64,000 nucleotides of DNA from an uncultured bacterium (GTDB lineage: Bacteria > CSSED10-310 > CALFER01), in contig CALFER010000076.1 in the NCBI GenBank assembly GCA_937951895.1, forward strand, positions 16,398-80,397, read 5' to 3'. This document shows, piece by piece, positions 56,123 to 64,000 of the stretch. The first letter of the stretch is position 1. Each line of letters starts with the position of its first letter. A program made the translations under genes and the position numbers. The notes beneath the pieces are model-generated. The model ran no database searches and had not been told where the DNA came from. It saw nothing but the letters and a program-made list of their open reading frames with translations.

Positions 56123-58051
56123 ATGATGAATCACCGGTACTTGCCTGTCGTGCTGGTCGTGTTACTCACGTCACTGGCACAGGGTGCCACGATAACTGTC
56201 GGGCATACTGCTGGCTACGATTTCAAATCGATCACGCATGCCATGGCGGCTGCCGTCGCGGGGGATCAGATCCGCGTGGCGATGGGGACGTACAGTGCGG
56301 ATCATCCGGAGTATCCGGAAACATTTCCGATTGCCCTGAAGCCGGGCGTTACATTGATTCGTGCGACCGAGGACATCCTGCCCATCATCGATGCCAATCA
56401 GACCGCTCAGGTGCTGATCTGTGAAGATGCTCCCGCATCGAGTCATACGCGCATCGAAGGCTTTGGAATCACCGGTGGCCATCTCGTTTCGACTCCCGAG
56501 GTTTCCGGCGCCGGAGTGTTCGTGATCAATTCATCGCTCGTGATCGATTCCTGCGAGATTTCAGGGAACGTGTCCGAAACCGCGGGTGGCGCTATCGGGA
56601 TCGCACCTTATAGCCACCTGGAACTGCTGGATTGCAGGATCAGCAGCAATTCGTCCAGTTCTTTCGGGGGTGCAATATTCGAGTCGACTGCAACCCTGGA
56701 CATCGAAAACTGCACCTTCGATGGCAATCACGCGCCGACATCGGGAGGCGCCATTCACAGTCGGTATGCATCCCTGAACGTTTACAAGTGCCAGTTCAAT
56801 TCAAATTCGACAGACGGTTCCGGGGGGGCCATCTATTGCGGTTATCCACACGCGGATGATTCGGTTGCCGTCGAACGAAGCACGTTTTCCGGGAACTCCG
56901 CCGGCGAAGATGGTGCAGCGATTTTTCTCTCACATGCCACCGAGACGACACCCATGGTCGTGTCATGCACGTTCATATCGAACACCGCCGTCACGTCCGG
57001 GGGAGGCCTGTATTCGAACATCGCCAACTTTGTCATGGCCTTCAGCAGATTCTCGAACAACAACGCCGGATTCGGGGGCGCCGGGGTCTACTGCTACTCG
57101 GCGACGGCAGCGTCCATATGCTGCAAATTCACGGCAAATCAGGCAACGACCGGGGCCGGGTGCTACATCGATACCAGTAATATGCAGTGGTTGAATTGCC
57201 TCTTCGATTTGAATGATGCGGACGAGTTCGGTGGCGGCATGTACTGTCTGAACTCAGAGGCGTCCGTAACCAACGCAACATTTACTCACAATCATGCGAG
57301 TGACGACGGAGGGGCGATCGCGCTGAATACCACGGATCTGACCATGCGCAATTCGATTCTCTGGCAGAATGAAATTTCCGAGATTCATGCTCCGGGGCTG
57401 ACTCCCGATATCCGGTACTGCGACATCCAGGGCGGATTCGCCGGAACCGGGAACATCAACACGGAACCCTCGTTTTGTTCGGGAGTGAACGGGCAACACT
57501 ATCTGTCTCAAATCGCATCGGGCGAAGCGATCGACAGCCCGTGCGTCAACACCGGAAACCTCCCTGTCGACCAGATTTCATACTCTCATTCCGGAAATAC
57601 ATTCCGATTGATCGAATCCAGCACCCGAACGGATCGGGCGGATGATGCAGGTATCGCGGATATGGGATTCCATTACTATTATGACCGGACCGAATGCTGT
57701 GATACGGGATGCGTCGTGTTCATGCCATCCGATACGTATGGCCCGGGCGATCTGTGCTATGTCGATGTCCAGGTCTGCAGTGTTGAAGATGACACATTCC
57801 CGGACGTTCCGGTTTTTGTACTCCTTGATATTGCCGGTTATTTCTTCTTTGCACCGGAATTCGACGACTTCGCATTTTATCGGATGAGTGTTCATCCCGG
57901 TATACAATACATTCATGTGATCCCGCGATTCACGTGGCCTGCCGGAGTCGGATCCTACTCGGGAGCCGTATGGTATGCCGCGATGACGAACAGTGACATT
58001 ACAGCGCTGTTCGGCAGTTTCGGCCAGTTCGATTTCGGGTGGCATCCCTGA
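56123..58051 (+). CDS. Secreted right-handed beta-helix protein with novel C-terminal domain
   Basis: A GGGAGGAGG SD is present. The signal is 'MMNHRYLPVVLVVLLTSLAQGA'. Beta-helix repeats are present ('SGGAIHS', 'GGAIYC', 'DGAAIFL'). A post-helix module 'HYLSQIASGEAIDSPCVNTGN...STRTDRADDAGIADMGFHYY' follows. The C-terminal domain is 'VFVLLDIAGYFFFAPEF...FTWPAG...FGWHP'. Confidence 0.7.
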   Translation: MMNHRYLPVVLVVLLTSLAQGATITVGHTAGYDFKSITHAMAAAVAGDQIRVAMGTYSADHPEYPETFPIALKPGVTLIRATEDILPIIDANQTAQVLICEDAPASSHTRIEGFGITGGHLVSTPEVSGAGVFVINSSLVIDSCEISGNVSETAGGAIGIAPYSHLELLDCRISSNSSSSFGGAIFESTATLDIENCTFDGNHAPTSGGAIHSRYASLNVYKCQFNSNSTDGSGGAIYCGYPHADDSVAVERSTFSGNSAGEDGAAIFLSHATETTPMVVSCTFISNTAVTSGGGLYSNIANFVMAFSRFSNNNAGFGGAGVYCYSATAASICCKFTANQATTGAGCYIDTSNMQWLNCLFDLNDADEFGGGMYCLNSEASVTNATFTHNHASDDGGAIALNTTDLTMRNSILWQNEISEIHAPGLTPDIRYCDIQGGFAGTGNINTEPSFCSGVNGQHYLSQIASGEAIDSPCVNTGNLPVDQISYSHSGNTFRLIESSTRTDRADDAGIADMGFHYYYDRTECCDTGCVVFMPSDTYGPGDLCYVDVQVCSVEDDTFPDVPVFVLLDIAGYFFFAPEFDDFAFYRMSVHPGIQYIHVIPRFTWPAGVGSYSGAVWYAAMTNSDITALFGSFGQFDFGWHP

Positions 58052-58172
58052 TCGAACGGACCATCGGCGGAACATTGCGGCAGGCTTCGGAACCGAATCC
58101 TGAACATTCATGAAACGCTCACGTATCCGGAATTGATCAGTCCTGTATGACTGGATCGAGGAGGATACCATC

Positions 58173-60353
58173 ATGTCCATCAGATGTACGTTTGTGCTGT
58201 TATTCGTTCTTCCGTGCTGTTCGATTCCGTCTCTGGCCGTCGATGCCGGGAACATTCAATCGCTAATCGAGAGTGGCTCGGTCGATGCCCTTCGAAGCGC
58301 CATTGCGGCAGACAGTCCCCTTCTCGAGGAGAGACTTCCATCCGGAATGACCCCGCTCAATTATGCCGCGATGCTCGGGAAAACCGACATCATTGCCTAT
58401 CTGCACTCGATCGGAGCACGTCTCGATTCTGGAGACAACGAGGGCAGCCAGGCCATGCACAATGCAGCCGCCGGCGGTCATCTCGACACGATCCGTTTTC
58501 TGCTCGCCAACGGAGCCGTTCTCGATGCACGTGATAATAACGGCATGACACCCCTCAACTTCGCCTGTCAGAGAAACCGGTTTGATGTTGCCCGGTATCT
58601 GATGGAGCAACATGCCGATGTGAATGTGAAATCGATCACCGGGATGACTCCGTTCATGAGTGCGATTCTGGCGGGTAATCCTGAGATGGCCGAGTATCTG
58701 CTGGCGCATGGAGTCAAATGGAACAGTGCGACATCGGAAGGGCTCAATTCTCTGCATCTCGCGGCACAACGAGGGCTTACAAAGGTGGTCGACACACTGC
58801 TGGGTCTCGGCATGAAGCCGGATCTCGCGACTCCCGACGGCGTCACACCGCTTTTCTGGGCCGTCGGACCCCGGTCACTCGATGCGGCGAAACGATTGAT
58901 CGAAGCAGGTGCCGATGTCCGACATGTCGATCACAGGAAGAGGACCGCACTGCATTTTGCAGCCAATCGCGGATCTGTCGAAATCATGTTGATGTTGCTC
59001 GAAAAGGGAGCGGATATCGATGCAGCGGATGAAGACGGTTTCACCCCATTGTCGCTCGCGGTGAGCGGACAACTGAATGCCGCGCGATGTCTGATCCTGC
59101 ATGGCGCATCGCTCAATCCGCACCGGTGCGCATCGTCCGATCCGAAATGCCGCTGCGGGAACGGAATGACTCCGCTTCACTTCGCGAGCCGGCACGCGGA
59201 TCTCGAGATGGTTCGATTGCTCGTCGAGAACGGTGCGCTGATCAATGTGCGGGATCACGCCGGGCGAACACCGCTGTACTGCGCAGTCCAGACCGGTCAT
59301 TCGGATGTTGTCAGGTATCTGCTCGACCATGGCGCGATTCCCGGCGCTCAGGATACCGAATTGGAACGCAGCGACCTGCATGTGGCGGCATCGACAGGGC
59401 GACAGGAGATCGCCGATGCGCTTCTGGACCGCGGCGCCGATCCGGATCAGCCGGATCGACAGGGCCTGACCCCTCTCGACCAGGCGTTTTCCCATAAATT
59501 CAAAAAGCTTGCTTACGATCTCATCGCCAGTGGTGCAGATGATGCACGGCTGCCGGAGCAGCTCACCGCGTTTCGCTCGAAACAGACCGAACCGTCCGAA
59601 GGACAGGCGAATGTGTGGTATCTGGGCCACAGTGCATGGGCGATCAGGACCCGGAACCATCTGCTGGTGTTCGATTATGCGCCGGATCTCCGGTCCCCTG
59701 TGCCGGATGAAGCCTCTTTGTTCAGCGGGTTCATCGTTCCGGAACAACTGAGGGATCTGGATGTCGTTGTGTTTGTCACGCATCGCCATATCGATCATTA
59801 CTCAGCCGCCTGTTTCGATTGGGCGGAGACCATCCCGCACATCCGCTTCGTTCTCGGATTCGATCCCCAACGACCGCATGATGCATACACCGTCATGGGC
59901 CCGGGCAATGTCGAATCGATGGGTGATATCGAGATCACCACGATCCGGTCCACGGATGAGGGCGTGGCGTATCTCGTCTCGACCGACGGCGTGACGGTGT
60001 TTCATGCCGGAGATCATGCGTGCGGGCGGGAGGAGACGAAGCGCTTGTATCGAGAGGAGATCGATCGATTAAAAGGAAAGCCCATCGATATGGCATTCTT
60101 TCCGGTAACGGGATGCGGCATTGGTGAGAAGGAGATGATCCGGGAGGGGATCGCGTATGCCGTCGGTGTATTGAATCCCGCGCTGATCGCCCCGATGCAT
60201 GCGGGTGACCAGTATGGCGAGTATGTCGATTTCGGACGATTCGCTGAAGAGAAATCCTGGACGTGCCGGGTGGAATGCCCGTTGAGTCGAGGGGATCATT
60301 TCGAATACGAGCGACCGAAGAAAACAGCCAGTGGGATCAATCCGTCCATGTGA
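58173..60353 (+). CDS. Secreted ankyrin-repeat protein (~13 repeats) fused to C-terminal MBL-fold metallo-hydrolase-like domain
   Basis: The signal peptide is 'MSIRCTFVLLFVLPCCSIPSLA'. Repeated ANK motifs are present ('GMTPLNYAAMLGKTDIIAYLHSIGA', 'G.TPLH.A...GH.D.V..LL..GA'). The C-terminal region 'YLGHSAWAIRTRNHLLVFDY...VVFVTHRHIDH...FHAGDH' is MBL-like. Confidence 0.7.
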   Translation: MSIRCTFVLLFVLPCCSIPSLAVDAGNIQSLIESGSVDALRSAIAADSPLLEERLPSGMTPLNYAAMLGKTDIIAYLHSIGARLDSGDNEGSQAMHNAAAGGHLDTIRFLLANGAVLDARDNNGMTPLNFACQRNRFDVARYLMEQHADVNVKSITGMTPFMSAILAGNPEMAEYLLAHGVKWNSATSEGLNSLHLAAQRGLTKVVDTLLGLGMKPDLATPDGVTPLFWAVGPRSLDAAKRLIEAGADVRHVDHRKRTALHFAANRGSVEIMLMLLEKGADIDAADEDGFTPLSLAVSGQLNAARCLILHGASLNPHRCASSDPKCRCGNGMTPLHFASRHADLEMVRLLVENGALINVRDHAGRTPLYCAVQTGHSDVVRYLLDHGAIPGAQDTELERSDLHVAASTGRQEIADALLDRGADPDQPDRQGLTPLDQAFSHKFKKLAYDLIASGADDARLPEQLTAFRSKQTEPSEGQANVWYLGHSAWAIRTRNHLLVFDYAPDLRSPVPDEASLFSGFIVPEQLRDLDVVVFVTHRHIDHYSAACFDWAETIPHIRFVLGFDPQRPHDAYTVMGPGNVESMGDIEITTIRSTDEGVAYLVSTDGVTVFHAGDHACGREETKRLYREEIDRLKGKPIDMAFFPVTGCGIGEKEMIREGIAYAVGVLNPALIAPMHAGDQYGEYVDFGRFAEEKSWTCRVECPLSRGDHFEYERPKKTASGINPSM

Positions 60354-63300
60354 ACGGGAATGAGTCCATCTGGCCGAAGATGGCGGTCATGTCCGGAGTG
60401 GTCAATGCGGAGTGCCAGGTGGCTGATCCGGTCGATCCTCCGGTGTCCGGCCAGATAAAAGCCGGAACGATCTCGATGTCCGTCTCTCCGGGAAGAAAAG
60501 CGGGATACAGGGACAGATAATGGTCGAAACTGTCGAATGACGGCGCGAAGTAAAACAGCCCGTTGAATTCAAGAAGGACGAACAGCGGATAACCGGTCAT
60601 CGGTTCATTTTCCGTGACACATACCGTCACTCGGCACTCGACGGTATCTCCGGGAGCGATGACAGAAGCCGGCATCCAGAGGGTTGTGCCCGGTGTCTCG
60701 CAATCGTCATCGTTCGGTGTTTGCGTCGGTGACGGCTGGGCCGGTGGAGTGATCGGAGACGGCCCAGTCGGTGTCGGTGTGTTCGATGGTATTGGAGGTG
60801 TTGACGTGAAGCTGGGGGCTTGTGTGGGCGTGAAGCTGGGGAGTTGTGTAGGCGTGTATGAAGGATCAGGCGTTTCTGTCGGTGAAGGAGTCATCGATCC
60901 GGTCGGAGTCGATGTCGGTTGAGGCGTATATGTCGGAGGCCAGGGTGTCCATGTAGGTGGCAATGTTGGTGTACGGGTTGGCAGAGAGGGGGTGGGAGAT
61001 TGATCCGGGATGATTCCGCAGATTGGTGTGATCGCGTATGTATGGAGCAACATCCCGCCTGATTCCGGCAGATTTGAACCAACGGTGCCTCGGTACAAAG
61101 AGGGTGATTCCAACGTTCCACTGATTGCGGTGATAATCGGATCGAAGGAAGAAACGGTGTTGCAGCTATCGAATCGCCCAGTCTCGTCGGTTTTCAGCAG
61201 GTAGACGCTGGTTGAACCTGCATGAGCGGCGAAGACGTAGTCATTTGTTCGGGTTTTTGCGGAAACTACTTCCGATAACTCTGTGACTGAATCTGTCTCC
61301 ATTCGATAGGCCCAGTCCAGATTCCCATTGATATCCCAGCGCATGACATACAAATCCGAGTCATGGCAGCAGATCAGAAAGTGTGTATCATCGATAAAAC
61401 GTATGCAATCGGTTCCAGGTTTCAGCGCATCGATTTTCCGTATCCACTCGACCTGATCGAGTGCCGAATTTACTTTGATCAATTGCGTGGCAGAAGGACT
61501 CGAGAATTGTCTGGCGAGGATATAGTACGATCCATCCGGACCGACGGTGATCGAGTTCCCCTGAAGAGACAATCCGCCGTCAACACTCGTAACGAAATAG
61601 TCATCAGGATTGCTGTAGATCATCAGAAGGGCATTCGATCCGCACACGCCTGTAATGACTGCATCGCCATCTTGGTTTGTCGTCGCCGATGTCGCTATCA
61701 TCAAAGATGTATCCGTTGCGGAGAAATATGCACCGGTATCGGATGCACTATTCAGATCGAATGAATCGATTACGATTGACGCTTTTGCGTTGATTCTATA
61801 ATTCGTGATCGAAGCGAAATGATTGGGTTGTGTCTCCACCAGACACGCCCTCGCTGCGGGATGGTTGCCTGACAATGTGATGTTTCGAACCCTGCTCCAT
61901 GCGATCGATCCGGAGGGGCGGATTACAGATGTGTAAGACGCCTGATAACTGGTATCGCGATTCTCATCGAGGAAAAAATGGGGTGGGCCAGAAGGGATAT
62001 CCTGCTGTGTGAATGATCCATTCACGATTCGCGTGTTGTCATCCAATGCGATCATCGATCCGACATGAAATCCCGTCAGGTCGAAATCATGATCAAAGAA
62101 CATGAATCTCTGATTTGCGACCCAGCCGTTGCCGCATATGTTCAGGAAGTCGAATCCGGTCGAAGATGCGATCCCGATGTGAAACCCCGCATCGAGATCC
62201 GGTTCCAGGAAGAGACTGGTAACGGCTTTGGGTTGCTGAGTCTCGTTCAGAACGCTCAAGGAGTAGTAAAATGAAGGTGGTTCAGGACTTGGTGTCGGCG
62301 TCGGAGTGGCTGTCTCAGGGGCACAGACGACCGTCGGATTCACTGTCATCGAACCCCAGCGAAGCCAAGCACCACCCTGGCATAGCGGCTCGAAGATTTC
62401 AGAACTCATGACGTTCGTCGAGACGACACCGAACAGAGTCGTAATCTGGGGTAAGTATGGGGAAACAGCCGGGCATTCAGGATACTGCCCGGCGGGATCG
62501 GTCTGAAGAATACTCAGACTCGTGCCGGGAGTAATTCCGACGACTGCAATCCTTCCCGCGGTCGTTCTGCAGGATGTCACACGCGCGATCGGCGATCCGC
62601 CGGAAACCTGATACGACCATTCGAGTTCTCCGGATATCGACCACTTCATGACAACCATGGCCTGATCTGCACCACAGAGTACGAAATGACTGTCGTCCAG
62701 AAACGGAATCCCGTTTTCAGGCGGTGTCACTCCCCAGATCTTTCGGATCCAATGGATCTGCTGGAGTTGGGGATCCAGGCGCATCAGAATGGTTCCCCTT
62801 CCTGAGTCCGGACGAGCCGCGACGATGAGGGATCCATCCGCGCATTCCGCGATCGCCGCTCCGGTCAGTGGCTCGATTGCGGACAGATTGACGGAGCATG
62901 CCAGATGTTGATCCGGACTGCTGATGGAGGCGATCAGAAGATTGAAACCGATTTTTCCTGCGATCAGGATTCTGTCACCTGATCCTATATGCAATCCCCT
63001 GCCCAACAGGGTTTGATTCTCAATAGTATAGAGATTTGATGCCTCGAGATTGCCATTCACGTCGAACTTGGCGAGCACGAGACCCCCTTCTCCATTGATC
63101 AGCGAGATGAGACCTCCCGTTCCGAGCATGGCGAGTCGGTGATCCACAAATGTGTACCCTGTAGGAACATCAAGAGGGCGATCCACCTGCCAGTCGATGG
63201 ACGCATTCGGTAAACCTGAGACGAGAGAGCTTCTGATATGCCATGATCGCGGTCCGATGGCGTGAGGCGGCCCCCCCTGGCTGAATACGAGTGAACCACC

Positions 63301-63702
63301 CAACACCAATGTGTCAGTCGAGTCCAATGTTACGAGTGATCCCAATTCGAAATATTCGGTGTTGTAATAACTTCCGTCAAAATATAAATTCCGGAATTGC
63401 CCAATCCCGGCGGCACTGCCGTCATCCAGAATCTGAATCCATTTCATGATGGAGGATTGCTCATTTGAATAAGCGATGTAAATACCATCACTCCTCGACG
63501 GACAGATCGCGAAATCTGTTGCATTGATCGTAGGCCCGATCGAGAACGTGTAAAAGTAAGGGGATGGTGCGGTCATCGCTCTGTCACCATTCGAGTCACC
63601 CATCACTGTAATCTCGGGAGTTGCGCAGATCCCCCGACAAAATCCCAGCACGCTTGCACACACCATCAACGAGACAAGGATACTTGAATGAGCGTGATTC
63701 AT
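60337..63702 (-). CDS. Very large secreted repeat protein (beta-propeller/SBBP-like repeats) with long P/T/S linker and novel C-terminal domain
   Basis: An AAAGGAGGA SD is present. The signal is 'MNHAHSSILVSLMVCASVLGFCRGICA'. About 90 aa of linker is encoded at ~60700-61010 ('PTPSLPTRTPTLPPTWTPWPPTYTPQPTSTPTGS...'). The C-terminal domain is 'LWMPASVIAPGD...PLFVLLEFNGLFYFAPSF...FIWPD...FTWTD'. Confidence 0.65.
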   Translation of the reverse strand: MNHAHSSILVSLMVCASVLGFCRGICATPEITVMGDSNGDRAMTAPSPYFYTFSIGPTINATDFAICPSRSDGIYIAYSNEQSSIMKWIQILDDGSAAGIGQFRNLYFDGSYYNTEYFELGSLVTLDSTDTLVLGGSLVFSQGGPPHAIGPRSWHIRSSLVSGLPNASIDWQVDRPLDVPTGYTFVDHRLAMLGTGGLISLINGEGGLVLAKFDVNGNLEASNLYTIENQTLLGRGLHIGSGDRILIAGKIGFNLLIASISSPDQHLACSVNLSAIEPLTGAAIAECADGSLIVAARPDSGRGTILMRLDPQLQQIHWIRKIWGVTPPENGIPFLDDSHFVLCGADQAMVVMKWSISGELEWSYQVSGGSPIARVTSCRTTAGRIAVVGITPGTSLSILQTDPAGQYPECPAVSPYLPQITTLFGVVSTNVMSSEIFEPLCQGGAWLRWGSMTVNPTVVCAPETATPTPTPSPEPPSFYYSLSVLNETQQPKAVTSLFLEPDLDAGFHIGIASSTGFDFLNICGNGWVANQRFMFFDHDFDLTGFHVGSMIALDDNTRIVNGSFTQQDIPSGPPHFFLDENRDTSYQASYTSVIRPSGSIAWSRVRNITLSGNHPAARACLVETQPNHFASITNYRINAKASIVIDSFDLNSASDTGAYFSATDTSLMIATSATTNQDGDAVITGVCGSNALLMIYSNPDDYFVTSVDGGLSLQGNSITVGPDGSYYILARQFSSPSATQLIKVNSALDQVEWIRKIDALKPGTDCIRFIDDTHFLICCHDSDLYVMRWDINGNLDWAYRMETDSVTELSEVVSAKTRTNDYVFAAHAGSTSVYLLKTDETGRFDSCNTVSSFDPIITAISGTLESPSLYRGTVGSNLPESGGMLLHTYAITPICGIIPDQSPTPSLPTRTPTLPPTWTPWPPTYTPQPTSTPTGSMTPSPTETPDPSYTPTQLPSFTPTQAPSFTSTPPIPSNTPTPTGPSPITPPAQPSPTQTPNDDDCETPGTTLWMPASVIAPGDTVECRVTVCVTENEPMTGYPLFVLLEFNGLFYFAPSFDSFDHYLSLYPAFLPGETDIEIVPAFIWPDTGGSTGSATWHSALTTPDMTAIFGQMDSFPFTWTD

Positions 63703-64000
63703 GTGTCCTCCTTTTACCCACTCGATCAGTGACTAGATTCAGTATATGGAAAGGATTTTCTTGATGCAAGTCAAGTTTGATGGTGGCAACTATTCTCTTT
63801 TGTGTTCAGGTCCGGTATCACCGAGTTTGGAACTCGCTTGAGATACCAATCAACTTAAAAACCCAGGTTCGATGTCCTGAGAAATCAGCAGATCAATGTC
63901 CCTGAGATTCTTCAGTTTCTCGGAAATGCAAACGAAATCGCGATGCCGGATGCACATTGGGGGCGAATCAGCAAAATGGCGTAATCGGTGGATGCAGCGA

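Noticed and set aside
63903-64000. A G-rich stretch 'gggggcgaatcagcaaaatggcgtaatcggtgga' that superficially resembles a tRNA 5' half.
   Set aside because: It cannot be folded into a cloverleaf with the sequence available, and the window ends before a 3' half could be seen. It is not supportable.
1-64000. CRISPR arrays, rRNA genes, IS elements or integrases.
   Set aside because: No regularly spaced direct repeats were found. No transposase- or integrase-like ORFs, no terminal inverted repeats, and no rRNA-like conserved stretches were found in the window.

Overview
This is a 64-kb, GC-rich, gene-dense window, probably from an uncultivated, likely anaerobic bacterium; AAGGAGG-type Shine-Dalgarno sites sit before almost every start. 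Housekeeping genes here are aspA, an aldo/keto reductase with an Fe-S tail, and an LpxL-like acyltransferase. The window is dominated by a paralogous family of at least 11 large, signal-peptide-bearing proteins. These contain right-handed beta-helix adhesin-like domains, SBBP/beta-propeller, PKD or FGE-sulfatase domains, and Pro/Thr-rich linkers. All carry the same ~115-aa terminal domain, which I cannot assign to any known family: it is C-terminal in 10 proteins and N-terminal after the signal peptide in one. One family member, the FGE-domain protein, sits in a tight minus-strand operon with a minimal type II secretion / type IV pilus-like set. That set has a PilB/GspE ATPase with tandem MshEN-like c-di-GMP motifs, a PilC/GspF platform protein, two prepilin-type pseudopilins and a small membrane protein, and a Ser/Thr kinase-TPR gene lies upstream. 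Other content: a GAF-HD-GYP phosphodiesterase, a second FGE-domain membrane protein, a sulfatase-like protein with Thr at the formylglycine position, and a MacB/FtsX-type ABC exporter cluster with an outer-membrane barrel and an FMN-binding-like protein. There is also an S41 peptidase and a PAS sigma-54 activator immediately upstream of a sigma-54 promoter (TGGCAT-N5-TTTGCT). That promoter drives a 9-gene Fe-S operon: three NifX/NifB-like genes, two MinD-ferredoxin ATPases, a DUF5320-like gene, a zinc ribbon, a radical SAM gene and a NifU-Mrp fusion. An AfsR/SARP-NB-ARC-TPR regulator and a secreted ankyrin-repeat/MBL-fold protein complete the window. No rRNA, tRNA or CRISPR can be supported. 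Most short ORFs in the six-frame track are shadow ORFs inside the large GC-rich genes.
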